Assembly: GCF_965196625.1 (NCBI RefSeq)
Contig: NZ_OZ239769.1
Span: forward strand, 990,001-1,022,000
Length of the DNA: 32,000 nucleotides
Direction: 5' to 3'
Source: Candidatus Saccharimonadota bacterium
Lineage (GTDB): Bacteria > Bacteroidota > Bacteroidia > Cytophagales > Amoebophilaceae
The notes beneath the pieces are model-generated. The model ran no database searches and was not told the origin of the DNA. It was given only the letters and a program-made list of their open reading frames with translations. The stretch's first letter is position 1; the number at the start of each line of letters is the position of its first letter. This document shows, piece by piece, positions 8,831 to 18,270 of this stretch. The position numbers were made by a program, and so were the translations under genes.

Positions 8831-10018
8831 TTACTTATACTGTGTGCCAAACTCTTTATCAGTATGACCAGATTTATTAGGCTGTTTTTTCTTAGGAGAA
8901 TCTGTACTTTTTTTCGGCTTACTTGAACCAAACCTTACACCTTCTACTATGTTCTCCAAGCTCTTAGCATATTCTGGTTTGAGTCTTTTTACGCTTTCGA
9001 GTTCTTGGATTTCATTTAAAATATTACCCCAATCTTCCGATTTTAGATAATCTTTTACAATATCTAAAACACACTTAAACATTTCAACATTATCATCAAT
9101 TTTGTCTTCTTCTTCAGGGAAGACGCACTTTAAAAGTTTGTTCAAAAATGTGTCCCATGAAGCAGGTGGTTCTGAATAGGCTAGGGCAAATAGAGAAGGT
9201 GCTTTATCACCTTGCTTAACTAGAAGGCTATAAACTTTTTCAGGAGAAAGGTCTCTAATTTTTTTAAAAAGTACACGAAACGCATAATCATTATTATATA
9301 AAGCAGCTACATGCAACGGTTTCATACCGGATTTATCTTCTATGAGCAGAAGACCTGCTTTATCTTGATCAATCAATTTTTCTGCTAAGGTTTTCACTAA
9401 TTCCCCAAACCCCTGCCGAACAGCTACATGAAGTGGCGTTTCACCTTTCTTTGGATCTCTAGTAGAGATATCTATCTCCTTACAACCTAACAAATATTTA
9501 GCTATTTTGCTTTGGCTCTTCTGGAGCGCTAGTAAAAATGAAGTCAACTGCTTACTAGCCTTATTCTTATCAATGAAACCTGTATCAATTAAACAACGAA
9601 CTAAGTCCACCTTACCTCCCTTTATAGCTTCACCAAGTGGTGTCCATCCTGTTTTATCAACCGAGTTTGGAAACTGATTTCTATATTGGGCATCTTTTCC
9701 TTTGTCTATATCGTTCTTAATACGCTTCAAAACAATACCTAGCTTCTCAAGCTTATCAGATTCTACTGCATCACGTACCGCAACATGCAACCAAGTTGTT
9801 CCATCCTTTATGGAACCGATATTTCTACTGTCATCTATATCTTCACGTAACCGTTGAGGAGATTCAAACGAAGGAATTATTGATTTGCCTAGCTTAGTAT
9901 TTGGATTACACAAACGAAACGATTGTAAAATAATCAATAAAAATAAAATTAGGCCGAACTGGCTCGACAGGTTACGCAATTTAGTAGATCTATTAGGTTT
10001 TATTAGAATCTTAGTCAT
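8831..10018 (-). CDS. Ankyrin-repeat protein with an N-terminal signal/anchor and a lysine-rich C-terminal tail
   Basis: ANK cores: GTTWLHVAV, GWTPLGEAIKGGKVDLVRCLI, GETPLHVAVRQGFGELVKTL, GMKPLHVAALYNN. Hydrophobic segment FGLILFLLIILQSF near the N-terminus. Confidence 0.85.
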   Translation of the reverse strand: MTKILIKPNRSTKLRNLSSQFGLILFLLIILQSFRLCNPNTKLGKSIIPSFESPQRLREDIDDSRNIGSIKDGTTWLHVAVRDAVESDKLEKLGIVLKRIKNDIDKGKDAQYRNQFPNSVDKTGWTPLGEAIKGGKVDLVRCLIDTGFIDKNKASKQLTSFLLALQKSQSKIAKYLLGCKEIDISTRDPKKGETPLHVAVRQGFGELVKTLAEKLIDQDKAGLLLIEDKSGMKPLHVAALYNNDYAFRVLFKKIRDLSPEKVYSLLVKQGDKAPSLFALAYSEPPASWDTFLNKLLKCVFPEEEDKIDDNVEMFKCVLDIVKDYLKSEDWGNILNEIQELESVKRLKPEYAKSLENIVEGVRFGSSKPKKSTDSPKKKQPNKSGHTDKEFGTQYK

Positions 10019-10278
10019 GGTGTTAATTGCTTTATCTATGAAATTTCTAATAGGAACAAAACTACTTGCTGATACCTGATTCAGAAAAATAGTTCATTCC
10101 ACCAAACTAGCTGCTTCGCTTTATCTATTTGTGCTTCTGCTTTTCTTGATTGTTATTATAATTATTAATCTAGAAATTAACTTAAAAAAAAGCAAATTTT
10201 TCCAAAAAAATTTACAGTTCTTTAGCATAGAAGCATCATCTTACTAAGGCATAGCCTATAGCGTGTATACCAATTGCC

Positions 10279-13200
10279 TTATTCCACTTTGGTGAGTCGA
10301 ACCACTACCATTACCCCTTCTATATCGATTTCGGATCCTTCTAACTCAGGTACAAATTGCAGTTGTACTGCTTGGATTTCAGTACAAATATAATCCATAT
10401 AGCGCTCAATAGATTGACGAATCAGTTTATGATCGTTTTGAATATCAATTATAATCTTATCTTGAATATCAAAGTTCAGGGTCTTACGCAACTGCTGAAT
10501 GCGGTGCACCCATTCACGTGCCATCCCTTCTGCACGTAAGGCATCATCTAAGGTAGTATCTAGGGCAATGGTGAGGTCTCCCTCTGTGGCTACATACCAG
10601 CCGGGTATATCTTCTGTAACAATCAATATATCTGATAAGGTCAAGGAGATGGTTTCACCCTCCAAGTGCAACAGATGGGTATTGCCTCGTTCTAAAGCAT
10701 AAATTTCAGCTGGGGTTAAAGCTACAATAGCCGCACCAAGTGATTTCATTTTAGCGCCATACCGTTTGCCTAAAAGAGGAAAGTTGGGTTTGGCTTTTTT
10801 CAGATTATGGATATCATCTAAATAATGGATTGCCTTTACGTTAATTTCTGTTTTAATCAGCGCTTCTAAACGAGACCACCCAGCTGAAGCAAAGAGACCT
10901 ACAATCCGGATGCTAGGCAACGGTTGACGCACCTTAACTTTATGTTTCTTGCGCAAAGCATGTGCCAAAGAAACAATTTTTTGTACCTGACCCATCTCTG
11001 TTTCTAAGGTTGAATCTAAGGCTTCTGTAGCTACTACTGGAAAATCTGATAGATGTACAGAGTGATGCTTTTCTTTTTCAGTAACACCATTCAATGCCTG
11101 GTAAAGATAATCTGCATAAAAAGGAGCTATAGGTGCCATGAGCTTGGCAACGGTTATCAGACAATGATAGAGGGTTTGGTACGCGGCTTCTTTGTCGCTA
11201 TCTTGGCTGTTTTTCCAAAACCTTTTTCTATTGAGCCGTACATACCAGTTGCTTAAATCATCTATTACAAAATCTTGTATCATTCTAGCTGCTACTGTGG
11301 GCTCATAGGCATCATAAGCTTCTGTTACAGCTTGAATAAGTGTATGAGAACGGGAGATAATCCACCTATCCGCCTCATTTAAAGCACTATAGGTCAGCAG
11401 ATCTTTATTAAAATAGAACTGATCTAAATTGGCATAAAGGGCAAAAAAGTTATAGGTACTATGGAGGGTAACGAAAAACTTACGCGCTGCTTCCGCTACA
11501 CCTGCTGGGTCAAACTTTAAATTATCCCAGGGATTGGCATTGCTCATCATATACCAACGTATCGCATCTGGACCATATTGGGCCAATAGCTCGGTAGGAT
11601 CAAGCGTATTGCCAATGCTTTTAGACATCTTATTGCCATTTTTATCCAACACAAGCCCATTGACTACTACATTTTTAAAAGCCGGTATCTCAAAGAGTAA
11701 TGTGGAAATAACATGTAAAGTAAAAAACCATCCTCTGGTTTGGTCTACCCCTTCTGCAATAAAATCAGCAGGAAAACCTTTTTCAAATATTTCTTGATTT
11801 TCAAATGGATAGTGCCATTGTGCACAGGGCATTGCACCGGAATCAAACCAAACATCTATCACAGCGCTTTCTCGATACATAGGCAATCCATCACTACTGA
11901 CGAGTACGATGTCATCTACATAAGGGCGATGCAAATCGATATCTGCCGGTATCTGCTCTTTCATATAGCCAGCCAATACGGCTTGCTCTACTTCAAACAT
12001 AAGCTCAGCTATAGAACTGATGCATTTTTCTTCTTTTTGATCAGCAGTACGCCATATAGGAAGCGGAATGCCCCAATAGCGTTCACGGCTTAGATTCCAA
12101 TCTACTAGATTCTCTAGCCAATTGCCAAATCGCCCTTTCCCTACAGCAGCAGGCTTCCACTGAATGGTATCATTTAATTCAATTAACAACTCCTTATAAG
12201 TGGTTGTTTTAACAAACCAAGCATCTAATGGATAATAAAGAATGGGCTTATGGGTCCGCCAGCAATGTGGATAACTGTGTTCATATTTTTCTACCTTAAA
12301 GGCCTTATTTTCTTGCTTGAGTTTACCCACCAGTAGTAGATCTACAGAGGGTAAAGTAGCATCTATTTCATAGGCAGCTTTAACATAACGTCCCGCAAAA
12401 TCAGTAATTTCTGATACAAAACGACCTTGCTTATCTACAATTGGAACCGATTCGCCTGCCGCATTGGTTACCATAATAGGGGCAATATTTTCTTTTTGGG
12501 CCACACGGTAATCATCCGCCCCAAAGGTAGGTGCAATATGGACAATACCGGTACCATCTGTAGTGGTTACAAAATCAGCTGCAATTATTTTAAAGGCATC
12601 CCCTTTAGGCTGTACATAAGGCAAAAGTTGTTCATAACGCAAGCCTACCAAATCTGCTCCTCTATAGCTGGCCACAACTTCCCAAGGCAAAGCAGTAGCA
12701 TCAGATCTATGAACAGGCTGATCGCCATCAGCACCAACCTGTTTACCTGTAAAAAAGCGCTTCATGGCATCTTCTGCTAAGATCACATAGATAGGGAGAC
12801 GGCTATAGGGATTAATAGTAGCCACTTTAACATACTGAATCGCAGCTCCTACGGCCAGTGCACTATTGGCAGGAAGGGTCCATGGGGTAGTCGTCCAGGC
12901 GAGAAAATATTCATTTGGTCTATCCAACCGCTTAAATTGTGCAACGACAGAAAGGTCTTTGACCAACTTATAGCAACCGGGCTGGTTGAGCTCGTGGGAA
13001 CTTAGTCCTGTGCCAGCAGTAGGTGAATAAGGCTGTATCGCATAACCTTTATAGATCAGTTCTTTATTATAAAGTGCCTTGAGCAAATACCAAACAGACT
13101 CAATATAATCGCGTTCATAGGTGATATAGGGATTTTCGTTATCTTTCCAGTAGCCCAGCTGCCTATTGAGCGCTTCCCACGCGCTTTTATAGGCCATAAC

Positions 13201-13572
13201 TGTTGCACGACATGCCTGATTGTAGTCGATGATGCTAATGGTTTTGCCAATATCCTCTTTGGTAATACCTAGTTTCTTTTCCACTTGAAGCTCCACCGGC
13301 AAACCATGGGTATCCCAACCGCTTTTACGGCGTACATAATACCCCTGCATGGTCTTATACCTCGTAAAAAGATCTTTAACCGTCATGGCTAAAATATGAT
13401 GCACACCCGGTGCACCATTGGCTGAAGGAGGTCCTTCAAAAAAAACAAAAGGTGTACTGCCTTCACGCTGTTGCATAGAACATGCAAATGTTTTTTGTTT
13501 TTCCCAGAAAAGATCAATTTCTTTTGCAATGTCTAGCAAATTCAGCTGCACTTGCGTTGTGTACTTTTTCAT
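10279..13572 (-). CDS. ileS: Isoleucyl-tRNA synthetase (long, type-2-like form)
   Basis: 1097 aa. It has a HIGH-region (PPSANGAPGVHHI), KMSKS (NGNKMSKSIGN), and class-I editing-domain-containing architecture. Confidence 0.95.
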   Translation of the reverse strand: MKKYTTQVQLNLLDIAKEIDLFWEKQKTFACSMQQREGSTPFVFFEGPPSANGAPGVHHILAMTVKDLFTRYKTMQGYYVRRKSGWDTHGLPVELQVEKKLGITKEDIGKTISIIDYNQACRATVMAYKSAWEALNRQLGYWKDNENPYITYERDYIESVWYLLKALYNKELIYKGYAIQPYSPTAGTGLSSHELNQPGCYKLVKDLSVVAQFKRLDRPNEYFLAWTTTPWTLPANSALAVGAAIQYVKVATINPYSRLPIYVILAEDAMKRFFTGKQVGADGDQPVHRSDATALPWEVVASYRGADLVGLRYEQLLPYVQPKGDAFKIIAADFVTTTDGTGIVHIAPTFGADDYRVAQKENIAPIMVTNAAGESVPIVDKQGRFVSEITDFAGRYVKAAYEIDATLPSVDLLLVGKLKQENKAFKVEKYEHSYPHCWRTHKPILYYPLDAWFVKTTTYKELLIELNDTIQWKPAAVGKGRFGNWLENLVDWNLSRERYWGIPLPIWRTADQKEEKCISSIAELMFEVEQAVLAGYMKEQIPADIDLHRPYVDDIVLVSSDGLPMYRESAVIDVWFDSGAMPCAQWHYPFENQEIFEKGFPADFIAEGVDQTRGWFFTLHVISTLLFEIPAFKNVVVNGLVLDKNGNKMSKSIGNTLDPTELLAQYGPDAIRWYMMSNANPWDNLKFDPAGVAEAARKFFVTLHSTYNFFALYANLDQFYFNKDLLTYSALNEADRWIISRSHTLIQAVTEAYDAYEPTVAARMIQDFVIDDLSNWYVRLNRKRFWKNSQDSDKEAAYQTLYHCLITVAKLMAPIAPFYADYLYQALNGVTEKEKHHSVHLSDFPVVATEALDSTLETEMGQVQKIVSLAHALRKKHKVKVRQPLPSIRIVGLFASAGWSRLEALIKTEINVKAIHYLDDIHNLKKAKPNFPLLGKRYGAKMKSLGAAIVALTPAEIYALERGNTHLLHLEGETISLTLSDILIVTEDIPGWYVATEGDLTIALDTTLDDALRAEGMAREWVHRIQQLRKTLNFDIQDKIIIDIQNDHKLIRQSIERYMDYICTEIQAVQLQFVPELEGSEIDIEGVMVVVRLTKVE

Positions 13573-13808
13573 CTATGCAGAGGTAGTTAAGCCTATCATG
13601 TAAAACACTATTAAGTTGCAATTTAGTGAAAAAACCCCTCCATACGCTAGGTTATCCTAAAAAAACACTAGATTTGTTGATGCAACAGCATAAATCTTAG
13701 CAAAAGCAGCTGGCCTATATGGCTGGTATCTGCCTTGTACGAAAAGATTTTTTTACTTTTTACTGAAAAGCAACAGACCCTTCCATAGAACTTAAAAAAC
13801 CCTATTGT

Positions 13809-14756
13809 ATGCTATTAGATTTTGAAAAACCAATTGTTAAGCTTGAAGAAAAGCTTGCTAAGATGCAAGAAGCTGCTAAAGCACAAAATGCACCAGCGCT
13901 TATGGCCTCGATTGCCAAATTAGCAAGTGACATAAAGGCATTACAAGAGCGCACCTTTCAAAATCTAACCAGATGGCAGCGGGTTCAGCTGGCCCGCCAC
14001 CCAGATAGGCCCTATACACTTGACTACATCGAACAGATTACAGAAAATTTTATTGAATTGCATGGAGACCGTTTTGCAGGGGATGATAAAGCCATGGTGG
14101 GTGGGTTTGGTACAATAAATGGGCAAACCATCATGTGTATTGGTCATCAAAAAGGGAGGACGACTAAGGAACGACAAATGCGCAACTTTGGCATGGCGAA
14201 CCCAGAGGGATATCGCAAAGCACTTCGTTTAATGCGTTTAGCAGAAAAATTTAACAAGCCGATTGTAACCTTTATAGATACACCAGGTGCCTACCCAGGG
14301 CTCGAAGCAGAAGAACGCGGCCAAGCAGAAGCAATTGCCAGCAATATTCAAGCTATGTTTGGGTTACGTGTTCCTATTATATCTATTGTGATTGGAGAGG
14401 GCGCATCAGGCGGTGCTTTAGGCATTGCCATAGGAGACTATGTACTGATGTTGGAACATACTTGGTATTCTGTTATTACACCTGAATCTTGTTCTTCTAT
14501 CCTCTGGAAAAGTTGGGATTATAAAGAACAGGCAGCCGAAATGTTGCAAATAACTGCCAAAGACATGTCTAATTTTGGCCTAATAGACGGCATTATTCAA
14601 GAACCCATGGGGGGCGCACATAGAGACTTACCAGCCGCAGCGGTACTTATTAAAGAAAGTATTCTCAACCATTTAGAAAAGTTATCTCATAAATCTATTG
14701 ATACCCTACTCCAAGAACGCATGAAGAAGTTCTGCGCAATGGGCAGAATAGGTTAA
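13809..14756 (+). CDS. accA: Acetyl-CoA carboxylase carboxyltransferase alpha subunit
   Basis: 315 aa with conserved RHPDRPYTLDYI, FIDTPGAYPG and EERGQAEAIA blocks. Confidence 0.93.
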   Translation: MLLDFEKPIVKLEEKLAKMQEAAKAQNAPALMASIAKLASDIKALQERTFQNLTRWQRVQLARHPDRPYTLDYIEQITENFIELHGDRFAGDDKAMVGGFGTINGQTIMCIGHQKGRTTKERQMRNFGMANPEGYRKALRLMRLAEKFNKPIVTFIDTPGAYPGLEAEERGQAEAIASNIQAMFGLRVPIISIVIGEGASGGALGIAIGDYVLMLEHTWYSVITPESCSSILWKSWDYKEQAAEMLQITAKDMSNFGLIDGIIQEPMGGAHRDLPAAAVLIKESILNHLEKLSHKSIDTLLQERMKKFCAMGRIG

Positions 14757-15512
14757 GCCTATGCATTCATGGCAATTATCTTTATCTCTATTTATGCGAG
14801 GATCTGCATCTTTTGGTGCATATATAGGCTTCATATCGAAATAATTAAAATTAACTATGGCATGTAGTAATGATGCTTCTTTATAACCATATGTACTTTA
14901 TTGGTATATAGCTTAAGCAATTCTTTTACATCTGAAACATGTTTTAAGCACACTTCAAGTAGATCAGCCAAACCAAGAAGGGCTGAAAAGTATATAGGTG
15001 CTGCATTTAACCCTTCATCATGTTGTGTAATAGACTTATCTAATGTCAGATAAAAATATCACTCCCATTCCTTGCTTATCACGCAAGGTTTTCAAAAAAT
15101 ATAGAACATACTGGCTCATGACATTATTATTTACACGTAAATATTCTACTCAAGCTTGCAAGAAATATTTAATTTTACTTCTCTATGTATAAAATGCTTT
15201 AATTTTCAATATGGCATGAATTTTTAGAAAACTGTAAGCCTTGTATTATCCTTAATAAGGAAAAAGGTTATATTTATATAAGGCATATAAGGAATTTTTT
15301 ATATTATGCTGACTGATAGCAAATTACCAGAAGATAAATATGTTCCTACTGTATCCGTATATATGTTATATTGCTATACCTGGAAACAGATTCATAAATT
15401 TAATGGCATAAAAAACGATCACCTTGTACTATTGCCAGATTAGTAAGCGCCACATGGTGCATCTTGATCAATAAGGTATTGATTGGGTATATTTGCTTTA
15501 AAAACCAGTAAA

Positions 15513-17138
15513 ATGAAATACACTTGGCTACTTACCACTTCATTTTTTTGGATACCTATGGCGCTATGCCATGCAGAACCTAAATCAGGAGCAATAAAGG
15601 ATGCGGAATTTGTAATTGAAAAGCAAAAAAAGAATAAAGTCAATCATGAACAAAGACTATTTTTTAAAGCCCCTGCTCGAACTACAAAACGCCTCAACAA
15701 GCCCTTAGCAAGCATAAAAGAGCTCATGCTAGAAGACGTGTCATTTCACCCTGAAGCTGAAATATACCTTCCCTTTCGTTTAGAAAAGGAAAAGCCTGAT
15801 CTTTCATTTAACCACTATTGCAGGTTAGGTATCGGTTCATTGCTATTGCCTTATCTAGAGGTCTCATTAGACAACTGCCCCTTTGGAAAAACCATTTGGT
15901 TAGCCAACCTAGCTTTTGTTCCAGAGTTATGGAACAAAAAATCAAGGGAAACCTCGCTTTTTCTACAGGGCAGGTATGGAGTAGGGTTATGGCGCCTGCA
16001 GCCCAATTTACATTATCAACATAGTTGGTACAACTATAATGATGCAACAACCCATGCCTGTGGCATACATCAGGGTAAGATTAGTTTGTTGCTGCAACAA
16101 GCCAGTGCATCTTCCACTCAAGATGGGCAAGTAAGTTTAAACCTGCTTAAGTATCAGAATAAAAAAATAAACGAACAGCTATTGACATTGCAATATAAGT
16201 GGGTTAAGCAACTCGATAACTGGTCTTTAAAAGTAGCTAGCTACAATGATATAGCTGGGTATACAAACGATACAAACCAACAAACACGTTTTATTTTTTC
16301 CGTTGCCCCTAGCTGTTATTTACGTTTGTTTAAGTCGATGCAGCTGAAGACTGGCCTACGAATGGCTTATCATAATGATCCGATTCCTGGCAAAATACCT
16401 AATTTTGACCTTTACCCTATGGCCAAAATAGGCTGTGTGCTCACACCTTGGCTGACCCCTTATGTGGGCATAAAAGGCATGGGGGTAGGTGGTAGCGTAG
16501 TACCACTGCATCTACATGATGTAGTAGCCAAAAATCCTTTTATAGCTTCTAATTGGGAGCTATCTTATTATCATCAATACTTCAGTCTATATGGTGGCAG
16601 TAAAGGTATCCTTTCACCCCATCTCTCTTATCACCTACGTGTAGCCTATCGACAGCTTAAGCATCAACCTAAAATCGTCTCTGTTTCGGAAGATCAGGTT
16701 AAGCTGGCGTATAATCCAGGCGACGATTATGTATTAAAATCCACTGGATTAGTCAACTATAGTATACCTGATACCACATTCAGTACAACCATACAAGGAA
16801 GCTATTACCGATATTTCGACAATGGATCACGCCCTATCTGGTGGTACCATAAACCTGTATACAAATTAAAGCAAATGCTTGCCTATAGCCCCCATTCAAA
16901 AGTTTTACTAAAAGGTAATCTGCATCTATATGGTCCAACCATTGTAAAAGATATAACGGGTGCTACTACTGAACGCGAAAGGATTATAAATCTCTCTTTA
17001 GACATCGATTATTTTATCTCTAAAAGATTTACAGTATTTTTAATGGTTGATAACCTGCTAAATCGAAAACATATTTCTTACACCGGTTATCCTGATAAAA
17101 AAATCAACTTTACAGGTGGCCTACAATATAGATGGTAA
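15513..17138 (+). CDS. Outer-membrane beta-barrel protein (TonB-dependent-receptor-like C-terminal barrel end)
   Basis: Signal peptide MKYTWLLTTSFFWIPMALCHA. Alternating beta-strand pattern with a C-terminal ...NFTGGLQYRW aromatic terminus. The ORF-track TTG at 15483 is probably upstream of the real ATG at 15513. Confidence 0.6.
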   Translation: MKYTWLLTTSFFWIPMALCHAEPKSGAIKDAEFVIEKQKKNKVNHEQRLFFKAPARTTKRLNKPLASIKELMLEDVSFHPEAEIYLPFRLEKEKPDLSFNHYCRLGIGSLLLPYLEVSLDNCPFGKTIWLANLAFVPELWNKKSRETSLFLQGRYGVGLWRLQPNLHYQHSWYNYNDATTHACGIHQGKISLLLQQASASSTQDGQVSLNLLKYQNKKINEQLLTLQYKWVKQLDNWSLKVASYNDIAGYTNDTNQQTRFIFSVAPSCYLRLFKSMQLKTGLRMAYHNDPIPGKIPNFDLYPMAKIGCVLTPWLTPYVGIKGMGVGGSVVPLHLHDVVAKNPFIASNWELSYYHQYFSLYGGSKGILSPHLSYHLRVAYRQLKHQPKIVSVSEDQVKLAYNPGDDYVLKSTGLVNYSIPDTTFSTTIQGSYYRYFDNGSRPIWWYHKPVYKLKQMLAYSPHSKVLLKGNLHLYGPTIVKDITGATTERERIINLSLDIDYFISKRFTVFLMVDNLLNRKHISYTGYPDKKINFTGGLQYRW

Positions 17139-17148
17139 TTTATAGATT

Positions 17149-18171
17149 ATGATAGATCACATTGCCCAACTCCGGGAAAAAATTGAAAGTGCCATTATTC
17201 AGGACAAATCAACCTTAGAAAGCTTTCGGCGCGATTTTATCAGCAAAAAAGGTAGTATTGCGTGCCTATTTGAGGCCTTCAAGCAACTCCCTACTGAAGC
17301 AAAAAAAGCAATCGGTCCAGCGTTAAATGGTTTAAAAAGCCAAGCAGAAAAGAAGTTTAAAAGCGCAGCAAGCGCACTAGAAGCAGCAACAAAACCATCT
17401 ACACAGCCACCAGTAGATGTGACCCTTCCAGCTTTTGGTACCCCTATGGGTAGCCTACATCCCTTGACCATTGTGCAAAACAAGATTATTTCCATATTTC
17501 AGCGCATTGGTTTTAACCTTGCAGAGGGACCAGAAATTGTAGGAGACTGGCATAACTTTACTGCATTAAACTTCCCTGAAAACCATCCTGCACGTGATAT
17601 GCAGGATACATTCTTTCTGCAGCGTGATCCAGATCAGTTGTTGCGCACGCATACCACTTCTGTACAGATTTCAACCTGTGCTGCCCAAAGCCCCCCTATT
17701 CGATCTATTGCGGTAGGGCGTGTCTTTAGAAATGAGGCAATCTCTACACGGTCGCATTGTTTTTTTCACCAAGTGGATGGGTTCTATATTCACACAGATG
17801 TCACTTTTAGTGACCTAAAAGGTACGATTTATCATTTTGTGGAATCAATGTTTGGCCAAGAGACCAAACTGCGTTTTAGGGCCTCTTATTTCCCCTTTAC
17901 AGAGCTAAGTGCAGAGGTAGATATAAACTGTAGGTTGTGTCAAGGAAAAGGCTGTACGGTTTGTAAGTACTCAGGTTGGGTGGAAATATTGGGTGCAGGT
18001 ATGATTGATCCCAATGTTTTAACCAATTGTCATATCGATCCTGAACAATACAGTGGTTTTGCTTTTGGAATGGGCATAGAACGGATAGCGATGCTCCTCT
18101 ATCAAATTGATGACCTACGGTTGTTTTCTGAAAATCATCTTGCTTTTTTACGTCAATTTACAGCTTGCTAG
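17149..18171 (+). CDS. pheS: Phenylalanyl-tRNA synthetase alpha subunit
   Basis: 340 aa with class-II motifs (HPARDMQDTFF, RTHTTSVQ, FRNEAISTRSH, GFAFGMGIERIAML). Confidence 0.95.
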   Translation: MIDHIAQLREKIESAIIQDKSTLESFRRDFISKKGSIACLFEAFKQLPTEAKKAIGPALNGLKSQAEKKFKSAASALEAATKPSTQPPVDVTLPAFGTPMGSLHPLTIVQNKIISIFQRIGFNLAEGPEIVGDWHNFTALNFPENHPARDMQDTFFLQRDPDQLLRTHTTSVQISTCAAQSPPIRSIAVGRVFRNEAISTRSHCFFHQVDGFYIHTDVTFSDLKGTIYHFVESMFGQETKLRFRASYFPFTELSAEVDINCRLCQGKGCTVCKYSGWVEILGAGMIDPNVLTNCHIDPEQYSGFAFGMGIERIAMLLYQIDDLRLFSENHLAFLRQFTAC

Positions 18172-18270
18172 AAGTAGTGCGTTTAGACAATGGTATCAGC
18201 TTTGTCCAAGGATAGGTTTTGGCCTGTTTTAAGACAAAGCAGCCATACAGCTAAATGGGTATAAAAAATA

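Noticed and set aside
10357-13603. Eight listed ORFs of 60-117 aa (10357.., 10499.., 11053.., 11534.., 11740.., 12427.., 13056.., 13418..)
   Set aside because: All lie inside, or partly overlap, ileS, either antisense or in another frame on the same strand (13056..13250). ileS is a 1097-aa gene with unambiguous synthetase motifs, so these are shadow ORFs.
13630-13655. 12-nt match (atacgctagg..) to the outer flank of the 7285 MITE
   Set aside because: It is too short, and the tggccgcc arm does not follow. It may be a relic, but that cannot be supported from this window alone.
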